Shown here in pieces: positions 12,539 through 26,431 of a stretch of DNA of 64,000 nt. The position numbers and the translations under genes are program-made. Every line of letters starts with the position of its first letter. Position 1 is the stretch's first letter. Location: positions 30,008,001-30,072,000 of the forward strand of contig NC_043016.1 of the NCBI RefSeq assembly GCF_006345805.1, given 5' to 3'. The stretch comes from Octopus sinensis (taxonomy: Eukaryota). The notes under the pieces were generated by a model. It was not told the DNA's origin and did no database searches. It saw only the letters and a program-made list of their open reading frames with translations.

Positions 12539-12686
12539 TGTATGTATGTATGTATGTATGTATGTATGTATGTATGTATGTGTGTATGTATGCATGCATG
12601 CATGCATGCATGCATGTATGTATGTATGTATGTATGTATGTATGTATATGTGCATGTGTGTATGTGTGTATGTATGTATGTATGTG

Positions 12687-12690
<4 letters not shown>
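12418..12690. repeat. (TACA)n/(TGTA)n compound microsatellite with inverted halves
   Basis: Direct inspection; it accounts for all ORFs called at 12382-12786. Confidence 0.95.
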
Positions 12691-12724
<34 letters not shown>

Positions 12725-13350
12725 CAACAACAACTGCCCTGATGCAGTACCAGACAGTGGCTTTCATGGCTTCTGATCTTAACTGATTGGAAGTGTTATC
12801 ATGTACATTGTTTTGTCTTGGTATAAAAGATGGCTACAGCAAATATTCTGCTCGATACCACAGATTTGCTTGTCAGTTGTTTGACCTTAACCAGTTGACC
12901 ATGTCCCTTAGTGTTGACGATACATGCATCTCTGATCACAAGCAGAAGTAGTGGAGGAGCATCATAGCCATGTGATGAGAGGAATTCTTGGAGGTTTGGA
13001 TAATTCACCTCTGGAAACATGGGTGGTTTGTTCAACATATAATGATCAATGGGAGCTATGAGAAGAGAGAGAGAATGGTGATGAGGTGTCCAGGTGGCCC
13101 CAAAAGTGGGTGGCTGGGTGTCTGGTTCGCAACATTATACAATGGAAGTGTGTGGGGGAGAGCAAGGAGATGAGTGGCTGGGGAGGCAGACTGACAAAAT
13201 GGATAGGTTTAAAGGGTGGATGAGCAATGAGCCAAGAGATGGGAAAGAAAGAGGGATGCAGAAGAGTGGGATGTGGGGAGGAGTGAACTGCATGAATAGT
13301 AAGGATGATGCAGTTGACAGGGAGACAAGGGAAGACAAGACAGAGATGAA

Positions 13351-13400
<50 letters not shown>

Positions 13401-13516
13401 CTGGAGTAAACACATAAATGTGAAACAAGGTGGAAAAAAGAGTACTCAAATACCAGTGGTAGAGTAATATATATATACATACACATATCTATTATATATG
13501 TATATAAATGTGTGTA

Positions 13517-13565
<49 letters not shown>

Positions 13566-13859
13566 TAGATGAGATCCAGATGTTCTCCATATAGAATACA
13601 CTTCTCAAAATATTCAAACTTGAGTGAGTATAGAAGCAAACGAGGGGATAAGTAAATTAGATAGATCAATGCATATAAATACATATAAAAAAATACATAT
13701 ACAACTAACACATAGAACAAGAGATAGAGAAAATGTATATATATATCTTTTGTACTCTGTGTAAGTTGGACATTTTTATATGCATACATATATGCATATT
13801 TTGTATTTCTTGAATTTAATATACTTTTTTTAGACAGATATATTAATCTGTCTCATTTG

Positions 13860-13908
<49 letters not shown>

Positions 13909-14484
13909 ATGCACCTATCCTTTGGATGGTGTAATTTATTATAATGGCACACTCCTTTGGACAGTTTAAGTTGAATTAGCCCGCAGTTAGAAGTCGTTTC
14001 AAGTTGATAAACGTAAAATGTATAATTACCAATTTCGATAGCAGTTTATTATATGGTGTTAAGCAAACTAGATAATGCATAAATTTTTTGAACACAAATT
14101 TGGCTGTTAGTAATAAATGAAAGTCCATGAAATGAGATTGCAATTGCAGCAGGCATTAGGGATCCTATATCTTACTTGAAGCATTTTGCAGCATGTAGTT
14201 ATTTCACTTGTAATGCCTAACACAGCTGCATTGAAGCTTTTTACAACGAAAGTCATGTATGATAAACAAAAGCAAACATTTATAGCAAACACACAAATAG
14301 AATAATGACATGTCAAAAATAAATGTCAGAGCATGCTTATGAGCAATCAACGTGCGTGAAGCAAGAAGGGTCACTGAACAACAATTAGGGAAATGAAGCA
14401 AAAGATCAATAAAATGCTTGTAGGAAGTCTGATTGCTAATGGCTACAGTTTGGCGTACATGTGCAGATTGCAGTAGAGGAGTAA

Positions 14485-14975
14485 CTACTGTAGGGCTGCT
14501 TTGTAGATGACATTTTTGGTTTTTCCTTCAGGGACATAGATTAATAAGTTGTCTGGATGGCCAGCTCTGGAACAACTGATGTAGAACTGTCCATGTGAAA
14601 AGCACAATGATCGAAGGTCCAATCTGGAAACTTTCAGTGATTGACCTTGTGCTTTAATTGTCATGGCAAAGCTGAGTTTGAGAGGGAACTGATATCTTTG
14701 CATATGGAAGGGGCAGTCTGTTGGGGTTAACAGAATTTTCAGAATAAGAACGGTATTGCTTTTGCTGTGTCCCATGATAATTTGGGTCCATCATTTGTTT
14801 GACCACAAGATGAGTTCCATTCCATAGTGTGGGTATGTTTAGACTGTGTTGGAGGATGACAGGGCAACTGACTTTTAAATGAAGTTCATGGGAAGGGAGC
14901 CCTGGATGATGTGGACGTCCAAACAGCGGAACATGCTCCAACCTACTGGAAGGCTCAGAATTCCTATTCAAACAA
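14485..14975 (-). pseudogene. Helitron Rep/Hel PIF1-type helicase C-terminus, frameshifted remnant
   Basis: PGLPSHELHLKVSCPVIL..NGTHLVVK, then FPLKLSFAMTIKAQGQSLK...FSHGQFYISCSR...KTKNVIYKAAL*. Confidence 0.92.
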
Positions 14976-15763
14976 GGAGAGAGGTTCACAATTAAAACGA
15001 ACTTCAATTGTGCTTCCAAGAATCTAATTTATGTTATAAATTGTTCAGGTTGTGGACATAACTATATAGGACAGACAAGTATGTCACTTAGACAGAAAAA
15101 CCACACTACATAAGGAACAGATCCATTTCCCAAAGTATAGACAGATTCCTTTGAGTGAACACAGAGAGATGTGCAGATAATATCCAACCAAACTTCACAG
15201 TTTTCTCCATCTACCAGTGCAAAGAAACAATTTCTGTACAAGGACGTTTAAATAAAGAAAATTTATTTATCGAAAAATACAGAACACACCTAGATATGAA
15301 TGCATAACCAACTTTGATCTCAGTATATATTTTAATTCGTGATCACATACCCATCTCTGCACCTTTCCATCTCACTACTTTAACCTTTTAGTTTTTGTAT
15401 ATTTATTTATCTCCCCACCAAAAAGAAATCAGCAATTACCTCCTCTGTCCCAAATAATAATGATCACCAATTACCTTCCCTCAGATTTTTTACTTATTGG
15501 TTAATTCACAAACTTCCATACAAGAACATGGACTAAAATCTTCATAAGAAAATACGAAATTACAATAATTTCAATATCAGGATTAGCGAAAGTGAAATCA
15601 GTTGACAAACACAATACACTTTCACTTATGAGACATATTAAAGAAGACATATAAAAAAATGTAAACTGGTATTTTCCTTCTTTTATTTTATATACATATT
15701 TTTTGCATTACAACTCACCATGTGGGGATAGTCGAAATTTTCCTCCTCCCTTTTCTTACTATG

Positions 15764-15796
<33 letters not shown>

Positions 15797-15881
15797 TATA
15801 TAGATATATATACAGGTGTGTGTGATTGTGCATATATACGGTGTGTGTGTGATTATATATATATATAATCACACACACACC

Positions 15882-15949
<68 letters not shown>

Positions 15950-16059
15950 ATATACAACAGCAAAAATACAGGTAAAGAAATTGTTTAATGCACCAAAGCT
16001 GACAATCTTTGCTGTTGTGTCAACATACAGAAAATATCATTCAAATTAATATATCTGAA

Positions 16060-16900
16060 AATATATGTTAACACAACGATTTTCTAAGCGATCCAGAATT
16101 AATTAAATTCAAAGTAATCTAAGAATATATTTAAGCAAATAAACACATACAAAAGGAATGTCAAGAATAAATATAATCTAAATAAAGCTATTTTTGTATT
16201 CTATTAAGAATATAAATATCCACTAAATCAGCTACTTGAGCCAAATCACTGGACCCTATAATAATGTTGAAATAATCAGGTCTATCAATTCTAGTCCAAT
16301 ACTTTCCATCAAATTCAATTATGGTTTTCCGAGCCATTAGTATTATATTGACTTCACGTTTGGATAAATCTGAATTCTTCATGGCAAAAATTAAGGCCTT
16401 ATTCAGTAGTACAGTGTTGATGGATAAGTAATAATTTAATATATCTGACTGAATGAATTTAGCACACATTTTATCATTAATATTAATGAACCAATCAATA
16501 ACTTCCGAGGAATTGAACTGTAATGATAAAAAATTAATATTTTGTTTAAGCTTAGGAATGTTTATCAATAACAAATTTACTAATCTTACCAACACCATAT
16601 TGAGATGGGCAAATAAATCTAACTTTTGAATTGGTATTAAAGTGAGGTCTATGGTCCTTTAAGTTAGTTCTGGGGGTTTTGGGAGTGTAAGGTTCAGTTT
16701 GATCATCAGTTTGTTAATCTTCAACTATGGCTTTCACAGTTAAGTTAATGTTTAGTAAGTTTACCTTGGAAATTATTTTATAATCCTTTGTAACTCTGTT
16801 TTTCAATTAAAGAAAAGTATATTTCTGGTTCCAAATGGTAAATATTTCCGGTTTTACTTGCATGAACAAGTATTCCAAGTTTCTCCTAAATTCTTTCAAT
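16060..16900 (-). mobile_element. Penelope-like element RT fragment, degenerate
   Basis: KFIQSDILNYYLSI...ARKTII...FNIIIGSSDLAQVADLVDIYIL and upstream LKDHRPHFNTNSKVRFICP match PLE RT motifs (KDHKPNF, DVTMGSYDGAEVCELVG type). Confidence 0.8.
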
Positions 16901-16945
16901 AACTGGGCAAAGGTAAAGAATATGCACACCATCTGTTCTCAGCGT

Positions 16946-17020
16946 TTAGGGTTAGGGTTATGGTGAGGTTTAGGGTTAGGGTTAGGGTTAGGTTTAGGTT
17001 TAGGGTTAGGTTTAGAGCTA
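16946..17020 (+). repeat. Degenerate interstitial (TTAGGG)n array
   Basis: About a dozen TTAGGG/TTTAGG-type units. Confidence 0.85.
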
Positions 17021-18978
17021 GGGCAAGGGTTGCCAAAGAGGGTCTGAAGGACTCCCTAGGGTTTGGCAAGGAATTACAGTGGGTCAATGATAACCAAGGC
17101 ATCAAATGGGGGTTGGTGTGCAAAAGACCTGCTCACCAAGATGAACTGCTTGAAATACTTAGTCAGTGCCATTAAATGTAGGAAGACACGAGGCATTTTT
17201 CACATTTTCTAACTGTGAAAACAATTTCAAAAATATCAAAAGTTTGATACTGTATACTCATACATGTAGTTTTAAATGTAAAAGGTGTATCATCTTCAAT
17301 AGAATTTCTTAATTTGTTGTACATGTATATTTTAGCTAATATTTTAATTGCCAGCATCAGTATCTGGTATACATTTAAGATATAGTACGATAAGGTAGGC
17401 TATTAAGATATTTCAAACAAGGAGGGTGGTTGATGTGGAAGGAGAAGTGGCTAAAGGGGTTTGATGTGGAAGAAGAAGTTGCTAAAGGGGGGTCAATGGT
17501 TGAAAAAGTCTGGCGACTCCTGGGTTAGGGTTATGCTGAAAATGGGTGGTGTGTGTATTGTTTATCTCCACCCAATAACAGTTGCAATTTTCTTAGTTGA
17601 GGGGTTTCTTCTCATAGGGAATTGGCAGGATTTACTGTTTTTAACGATATTCCTAAGTTCACCTTCAAAATCAGCCAATGATGGGTTATAAAGTGGAATT
17701 CTCAACTGAATGGAAATGTAGTTTGGAGGGATGTGAAGGTATGATAGAGGGTCAGGAGTTGTCTTGTTGAGGAGGTGACTGCATAGCTTCTCTGTTTGGA
17801 AAGATAGAGAAAGAAAGCGATGTAAGGTTAAGGCACAAGATGAATATGAAAGAGAGAGGCAGACAGACAGATAGACAGACAGACAGACAAACAGAGAATA
17901 CATGAACAGATAAGTGAGTGGGTAGTTAAGTGAAAATTGTGTGACAGATGATTAGAAATAGGGTCTGAGTTGGATCCAGTTTGGTGGAGGGGATGTTAAA
18001 GGAGGAAATAGGAGTGGATTAGGGAGGAGGAAGTGCAAGGGTCATTAGCAAGGATACAATGTGAAGTATAGGGGGATAAGTGATATTATTTATAGTGCCC
18101 TCCCCCCCCCCAACTTGAGAAAAAAGTGCGTCCTTCTAAAATAATGTTATTATGCACCTTTCTCTTGGAATTGTATTCCTTTCTGACCTTGTACCTTCCC
18201 TTTGAAAAATTCCTGGGACCGCACCTGAGATAGATGAGTTTTCTCAAACATAGAACATTTTAAAAAGTTTTGGATTCAACATTTAATAATGTAGACACAT
18301 TGTTTGGTAATGAGCCACAGCTATCTAAAAGCATGAGTTACTTAGCTGAATTCTATTTTAAATTTAATGACATATAGAAGTGATGTCAAGGTAAATACGT
18401 TGGTAAAAATTCAAGCACAAACTCTTATTTTAGGATTTCAAGTAAAGACAGACTTGTGTAATTCTTCTTTGGGTTGTAGAATTTTCAATGTGTTTCAAAT
18501 ATAAGTCAGTGAGCTGGTAGAATTGTAAACATGCGGGGCAAAAGAATTTGTAACATTTCCTCTGTCTATACATTCTGAGTTCAAATTCTGCTGAGGTCAA
18601 CTTTGTCTCTTGTCCTTTTAGGGTTGACTTATCCACTCATCTGAAACTGTTTAGCTTTGTGCCAAAATTTGAAACCACTATTTTTCAAATATGTCACTGC
18701 TGTAACAAGGATCAGATGAAAATATTTCAGATAACATCCTACTTATACAACTTACAGGATGATTTTCAAAGTGTTTTTGGAATAGATTGAGAACATACTT
18801 GTTTCTGACTGGATTTCCTCATTCTACATTGAAATCTAAAATTCAAAATAAGATTAACTCTTAAACATCAGACATCATTAAGTGATTTATTTTGTTAAAA
18901 AGCGTGGACATCATCAATTGATAATTCAAAAATTTTTACATGGATACATGGATATGGCCATCATCAATTGATTTCTGA

Positions 18979-19197
18979 ATGTTTATTTTGTCAAATGCAA
19001 CTAAGCGTAAACGATCTTTATCGAAGGCAGAAATCAAGTTGCAAATGGAAGATTTATATAGTGATGAAGAAGAATATATTTTTTTTTCTGTCTTTCTTTC
19101 ATCATCAGATGAAATAGCTGATGAGGAAAAAAAAGCTCTGGATTGGTGTTTCCCAACATGGGATCCATCATCATATGCAAACAAAATAGTAATTTAG
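18979..19197 (+). pseudogene. Possible piggyBac-like transposase N-terminal remnant
   Basis: KRKRSLSKAEIKLQMEDLYSDEEE...SSSDE composition resembles piggyBac N-termini. No catalytic domain was seen. Confidence 0.3.
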
Positions 19198-20749
19198 GTA
19201 GCTGCATTATTATTTTAAGTGTCCATGAAAAAATATTGCTTCAGATGTATTTATTACAAGAAACTGCTAGGTTTCTTTCTCTAACGCTTAATATAGTTCA
19301 ATATGTTTCTTGCTAACATATTGCAAGTGAACGTATGAAAAACTGAAATGGAATTTTGAAAGAAGAATCTATAAAACTAGTTTTTAAAACATCAAATGGC
19401 TGTGAGGGTCCACCAGCATAAAATAGTAATCAAAAGGGTCCACAGGTAAAAAGTGATTAAGAACTACTGTTCTGGATGGAGAAAGTTTACCAATTTTTCT
19501 CCATTTGTACATTTGTTTTACAACAATATTGCAGGTATCTCAAATGAATTCATGCTCATACCAGATGCAAAGGAGAGTGAATGTGTCATAGCACTTTTTG
19601 ATAATGAGTTTGTTAATTTTCATAGTGAATCAGTACAGGTAATTCATATACATGAACAGCTTACCTATCACTAGAACAGATAAAATATATACAGATCACT
19701 TCTGAATCTTGCTAACTGAGTTAAACATACTTCACTGTGGAGGTCTAATAAAACCAAAACATGCCTGTTGACTGTTTTTAGACACCAGATCCACTCCAAG
19801 TTCTAATATCTATATTGCTCAAGCATTTAAATCAACTGATCTTATTGAGGTTATTTCCCTTGTCGGTTGTTTTTAGATTTTAAATATAATACAAAAGAAA
19901 TTTTGCTTTTTAATTCGAAATTTTTCAACTCACTACTTTACATATGTGAGACACTGATGTAGTCATATTTTTATTTATTAATTTAATATACAAAATGCAT
20001 TTTTCAGGTATTTTCTGTCAGCAATATTGTTGAAATTCAAGTACAACTTTTTCACCAACATCACTTTCTGAGTTACATGTCCAGCAACCACAACCAGTTA
20101 ACAAACAGCTCCCCATCTTTCCTTGGATCAGCTCCAAAATATTCAGTTCATTATATTCTATTATCATTATATTCTGTTCACACATCAAGGAAGAAAATGA
20201 GAACATTAAAAAAAAATGTTGTGTTAGGAAGGGCATCCAGCTATAAAAGAAATTATACCAAACAGACAGTGGAGCTCGGCATAGTCCTCTGGCTTGCCAG
20301 CTCCTGTCAAACAGTCCAACCCATGCTACCATGGAAGATGGACTTTAAATGATAATAATGATGATGATGATGATGATGACGACGACAATGATGATGATGG
20401 TGATGAAAGATGTACAACGCAATGAGTTTCATCAAGACGAGAAAACAGTAACACACAAAAACACACACACACACACACAGAACCAAGGTTTCCATTAATT
20501 CCACAACCAGCACAGCCTCCATCACCACAGACACTGAAGTTGATATATTAAACAAAATAATTATGGAGTTAATTATAATGAAGGCAGAAGTGTACAAAAA
20601 TATATACAATCACCCCATTTACACTCTAAAAAATAATCAGCATCATAAAAAAATCAGAAATAAATTCAAACACAATGCAGCAACGCCATACATGGTCGGA
20701 ATAAAACTCAACATTGAATGACTAAACAAGGTAACAACAGAAGCAGCCA

Positions 20750-21103
20750 CACCACCACCACCACCACCACCCCACCCCACCATCACCACCAGCTCCAGCA
20801 GCAGCAGCAGCACCACCACCACCATCACCACCACCAAAACCACTACAACCACCACCACCACCCCACCCCCACCACCACCACCAGCTCCAGCAGCAGCAGC
20901 AGCAGTACCACCACCACCACTACCACCAGCAAAACCACTACAACCACCACCCCACCCCACCATCACCACCACCACCACCACCACCAAAACCACTACAACC
21001 ACCACCCCACCCCACCATCACCACCAGCTCCAGCAGCACCACCACCACTACCACCACCACCTCCAGCAGCTCCACCATCACCACCACCACCACCACCACA
21101 ACC

Positions 21104-21135
<32 letters not shown>

Positions 21136-21147
21136 CATCAACAACAG
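20750..21147. repeat. (CAC/CAG/CAA)n compound repeat with higher-order duplicated blocks
   Basis: The block caccaccaccaaaaccactacaaccaccacc occurs twice in full, and ccaccagctccagcagc recurs several times. Confidence 0.9.
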
Positions 21148-21362
21148 CATATTCTTTCATTTAGCCACAAAGGGCTTGACATACATTAAACATTGAGAAC
21201 AATATAGGTTACAATATCTGTGGTATTTAAAGAAATGAAGCCGTAAAAACTGAGACTAAGTTGTGACTGTTACACAATTGACAAATTAAAAAAAAAAATT
21301 AATAAACACAAAATATATATATATATATACAAAATACTATTTATAAAAATATAATTAAAGCT

Positions 21363-21740
21363 GGCGCAGAAGTGGCTGTGTGATAGGTAGCTTGCTTACC
21401 AACCACATGGCTCCGGGTTCAGTCCTACTGCATGACACCTTGGACAACTGTCTTCTATTATAGCCTCAGGATGACCAAAGCCTTGTGAGTGAATTTGGTA
21501 GATGGAAACTGAAAGAAGCCTGTTGTATATGTGTGTGTTTGCCCCACCCCCACCACTATTGCTTGACAGCCGATGTTGGTGTGTTTATGTCCCTGTAACT
21601 TAGCGGTTCGGCAAAAGAGACCAATGGAATAAGTACTAGACTTACAAAGAATAAGTCCTGGGGTCAATTTGTTTGGCTAAAGGTGGTGCTCCAGCATGGC
21701 CGCAGTCAAATGACTGAAACAAACAAGAGAATAAAACAAG
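21363..21740 (+). mobile_element. SINE family A
   Basis: Similarity to other copies. Confidence 0.85.
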
Positions 21741-22674
21741 AAATAATTGTAGTAAAAACATAAAAAAAAACAACTGGTGGCTTCACAGCCATTTGAGCAA
21801 GATTGGATTAAGACTCATAGAGGTTCTAAGCACTTAAAAGATTTGGGTGTCCCCTACATCATCATCATCATCATCATCATTATCATTCATGTTTAATGTC
21901 TGCTTTCCATGCTGGCATGGATGGATGGATGGTTTGACAGGAGCTGACCAAGCAGAAGATTGCACCAGACTTCTGTGTCTGTTTTATCATGGTTTTTCAT
22001 GGCTGGATGCCCTTCCTAACACCAACCATTCAGCAGAGTGGACTGAGTACTTTTTACATGGTGAGGTCAGTTTTGGTATGGCTTTTGCAGCTGGATGCCC
22101 TTCCTAACACCACTAACACCTGCAAAGTGGACTGAGTGCTTTTTATATAATGCAAGTACAGGTGAGGTCAGTTTTTGGCATAGTTTTGTACAGCTGGATA
22201 CCCTTCCAAATGCCAACCACTTTACAGTGTTGACTGGATGCTTTTTACATGGTACCAGTACTAGCAAGGTCACCAAGTAAACTTGCAAGACAAAGATCTA
22301 TTAAGAAGGGAGGGGGCATTGGAGGAGGTGATCTTGTGTCAGATGATAAAAAGTTAGAGTGTGATAGAGAGGCAGAAGCAGGTGTCTTGCTGTAGAGAAG
22401 TACATGGTTACCTGGGCAGAGTGAGAGAGTACTTAGGGCCTTTATGAGTCTTAATCCAATCTTGCAGTTATGGTTTGCTCAAAATAGACAAAACCAATGG
22501 ATGTGAAACCACTGGTTATGCTTTTTATGTTTTAATTATAATTATTTCTTGTTTTAATTATATTTTTTAAATAGTATTTTGTATATAAGCAATGATAAAC
22601 TACAAACTAAATTTTTATTTTACAAGAATTATAGAAAACTAAACATAAGTTGGAAAATAATGTTTATCTTTGTA

Positions 22675-23068
22675 TACTCTCTTTACTCTTTTAATTGTTT
22701 CAGTCATTTGACTGTGGCCATGCTGGAGCACCACCTTTAGTCGAGCACATTGATCCCAGGACTTACTCTTTGTAAGCCTAGTACTTATTCTATCAGTCTC
22801 TTTTGCTGAACCACTAAGTTACGGGGACGTAAACACGCCAGCATCGGTTATAAAGCGATGTTGGGAGGACAAACACAGACACACACATATATATATACAT
22901 ATATACAACGGGCTTCTTTCAGTTTCCGTCTACCAAATCCACTCACAAGGCTTTGGTCGGCCCGAGGCTATAGTAGAAGACACTTGCCCAAGATGCCATG
23001 CAGTGGGACTGAACCCGGAACCATGTGGTTGGTAAGCAAGCTACTTACCACGCAGCCACTCCTGCGCC
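22675..23068 (-). mobile_element. SINE family A, young copy
   Basis: Similarity to other copies; intact 5' ggcgcaggagtggc. Confidence 0.9.
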
Positions 23069-23368
23069 TCCACTTATATTTGTATACCTCCACTTTATAT
23101 TTGTAAAGCTTTCTTCTCTTTTTTTTTTTAATTTCAAAGACTTTGATCAGATCCTGTCTATGAACACTTTGAAATTATATTTCCAATCATATAACTCATT
23201 TTGAATATTATTCGAGCAAGTTTAAAGTGGTTTTCTTTTGTGCTGCAAATCATCTACCATTTCTATGGTGCCCCACTTCTGATGCCTTAAGCACGTGGCT
23301 ATTTTGCTTAATGGTTAATTCAGAGCTGCAAGGCTATGTATGTCCACATTACTTCATTTTTTAAATAT

Positions 23369-23499
23369 TTTTACTTGCTTCAGTCATGCTGGAGCACTTA
23401 TTCTATCAGTCTCTTTTTGCCAAACTGCTAAGTTATAGGGACATAAATGCACCAGCATTGGTTGTCAAATGTTGGGAGGGGGACAAACACAGACACAGA

Positions 23500-23535
<36 letters not shown>

Positions 23536-23538
23536 TAC

Positions 23539-23605
<67 letters not shown>

Positions 23606-23784
23606 CATACATACATACATACATATATACAACAGGCTTCTTTCAGTTTCTATCTACCAAATCCATTCACAAGGCTTTGGTTGGCCCAAGGCTGTAGTAG
23701 AAGATACTTGCCCAAGGTGCCATGCAGTGGGACTGAACCCAGAACCATGTGGTTGGGAAGTAAGCTTCTTGCCACACAGCCACT
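23369..23784 (-). mobile_element. SINE family A with expanded internal microsatellite
   Basis: Similarity to other copies; ~130-bp (CA)/(TA)/(TACA) tract. Confidence 0.85.
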
Positions 23785-25983
23785 GAAAGCACTCGTTAGT
23801 ATCTCTTCAGTTGGTTCAGCCAAGAAAGACTATATGTCATTCAGGCAGAGAAATTTCAGTTATTCATAAAGTTATAATAGTTCTGATCTACTTTCTATCT
23901 TTTCTGTGATCCATATTAAACTGCAATAATCCCTCATCCATCCTCGAGTTTTTTTAGTTAAGTTGCTTCCAGTACATAGAACGACTTGAGCAGTTCCTTG
24001 TATTTAGTTCACATAATTGTGAAACTGTGTGTACCTCAGGGTTTAGACTTTCCTTCTTGTTTCCTAAAAGCTTTCAGAGATGATTGGGACTCTGTTATTT
24101 TCTTTTCTTATATTTTTTTATCCCTTAAAAGTTTGTTTGGATGAAACTATGGACATCTTGTTCATTTGTGTCTGTATGTGATTATCAATATTACTGTTAA
24201 TGTTGCTAAACAGTTATCAGAATCACTCAAAAAGAATTTTTCTCCCCAGGAAATATGGATTTTTTTCCATTTTTAAAACATGTATTTTTGTAAAGCGGGT
24301 ATATTGGCTTTTTTCTGATATGTGTTCACAGATTTTTTTTTCTTCTTTACTTTGGCAGGCTTTGCTGAGTTGCCATTATGAATCAAACCATAAACAAAAT
24401 ACCAAAAATGTCAGTAAAAGTCTCTCCCTCTCTGCTTTTGGATGGTTGGAAGTCAGTTAAGCAGAATAAAGTTAGCCTGTAAATTAGTTTTACCTGACAC
24501 AAACATTAGTTCCAATAATTTGAAAATCTTTGGATAATGCTATAAACCAAAAGCTAACAGTGCAGCAGAAGAAGAAAAGAAAAACACTAATTTTTACCAA
24601 TGTCCAGAGGTAATACTAATTGTTTCTGATATAGACATAAGGAAAGGTAGCAAGCTGGCAGAATCATTAATACACCAGCTAAAAGCTTAGCACCATTTTG
24701 TCCAGCTTTACATTCTGAGTTCAAATTCTGCCAAGGTCAACTTTACCTGTCATCCTTTCAGGGTCAATAAAATAACTATGGAATCAATGTAATTGACTTA
24801 ACCACTTGACTAAAATTGCTGGCACTGTTCTGAAATTTGAAACCAATACAGACATAAGCCCAGAAATTTGGCAGAATCAGTGTTATGATTACATCAACTT
24901 CAGTATTTGACTGCTACTTCATTTTATCGAACTTCAAAAGGATGAAAAGTAAAGTTGACTACAGCAGGGTTTGAACTCAGAAAATAAACAGTCAGAATAA
25001 ATACCACAGGGCATTTTGTCCAATGCTTTAAAACCTTTTCATCAATGAACATAACAAGTAGAAAACTAGTTGAGATTTGTATCCACAAAACTAACATTAA
25101 AATATTTTAGGGTCAAAAAAGATTAGTTAAAACATATTTCATAAATATGAAGTGGTGAGAAAGGATCTACAAACATCAGGACTCACAGAGGAGCTGACAA
25201 GGGACTGAGATTCCAGGGGGTTTGCTGTGCTTGAAAAGACATGTCTGTCTAAGTAAAAGCATAGTTGCCCTTAAATACAGGCTTGTCTATCCCTTGCAAC
25301 CCTCTCCAGCTGAGCATCCCTAATCTTGAAGGCTTGTAAGTGCTGGTGCCATGTGAAAAGCACCCATGCCAGTGCCACATAAAAAGCACCCAGTACATTC
25401 TGTAAAATGGTTGGCATAAGGGAGGGCATTCAGCTGTAGAAACAATGCCAAAGCAGATATGGAACCTGAATAGCACTTCAGCTGACCAGCTTCTGTCAAA
25501 CCATCCAACTCATACCAGCATGGAAAACAGACGTTAAATGATGATGATGATGATGTTTGTCAAGGTATGGTAGTGGGCATTAATACCCACTACTAAGAAT
25601 TGCTTCCCAAGGCAGCCATCTTAAAGAACTTCTGACACCCAAGTTCAACTTTTGGCCATCTCATTTGCCTTAGTCTTTTTAAGTCTTTCACCAGTAGAAC
25701 TATTTGCACCAAACAGAAGAAAGGGTAATGGTCAGTTTTGGTGCCTCAAAATTCAGTGTTTTGAGTAGATGAAATTCATCAAAGAGAGTGAACACTCTGG
25801 TTTCAAACCTTGGCCGACTTGCTGCCACACATATCCATGAAAAACCTTTGGGAATAAATCTGGAGAACAAATCCAGGCTCAAAGTTTCTAAGGCAGTCAA
25901 CTGCTGTTTTCATCTCTGCTTTGGTAATTTCTGTAACAGCATTGGTGTCAAACTGCATTGTCTTACATACTAGCTCTTACATA

Positions 25984-26431
25984 CTACCCGCATGGTTCAT
26001 GGTCTCAAAAATTTGTCCTACGAAGAAAGGCTGAGGACGCTCGACCTTTGTTCTCTTGAAAAACGCCGCCGCCGTGGTGATCTCATTCTCGCCCACAACA
26101 TTATAAGCGGGAAGTGTAACTCTCGAAAGAGCTGTTCTTCACTCCTGCTCCGGAGCGTCGACTGCGGGGTCATTCCGAAAAGCTCTACCTGCGACGATTT
26201 CATCTCAATCGAAGGAGAGGAGCTTTCTCCGTCCGGGTTGCGGATCCGTGAACACGAGCTGCCAGACGAGATGGTGAAGATGCCGACGACCGCTTGTTCA
26301 AAGCCTCCCTGGACCTCAAGTGGCCTGAACTCTTTACATGAACACCACCCTGTACTTAACTCCATGTCCCCCTACATGGCCTTGCTATTTGCTTTTGAGC
26401 CAAATTAACTAACTAACTAACTAACTAACTA
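25984..26431 (+). mobile_element. CR1-clade LINE, short 5'-truncated copy with (AACT)n tail
   Basis: MVHGLKNLSYEERLRTLDLCSLEKRRRRGDLI; (AACT)n tail; probable TSD actagctct (25969-25977 / 26432-26440). Confidence 0.88.

Noticed and set aside
12382-12786. Overlapping long ORFs on both strands
   Set aside because: Stop-free tetranucleotide microsatellite; the same applies to 23386-23869 and 49914-50734.
13905-14484. 3' terminus of the Helitron helicase remnant
   Set aside because: No GC hairpin plus CTRR was found downstream of the stop, so the remnant appears truncated.
16946-17020. True telomere
   Set aside because: The array is short, degenerate and flanked by non-telomeric sequence on both sides.
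24359-24470. + strand exon with ATG (MNQTINKIPKMSVKVSPSLLLDGWKSVKQNK)
   Set aside because: Good acceptor but a mediocre donor (GTTAGC), no recognisable homology and no linked exon; unresolved rather than disproved.
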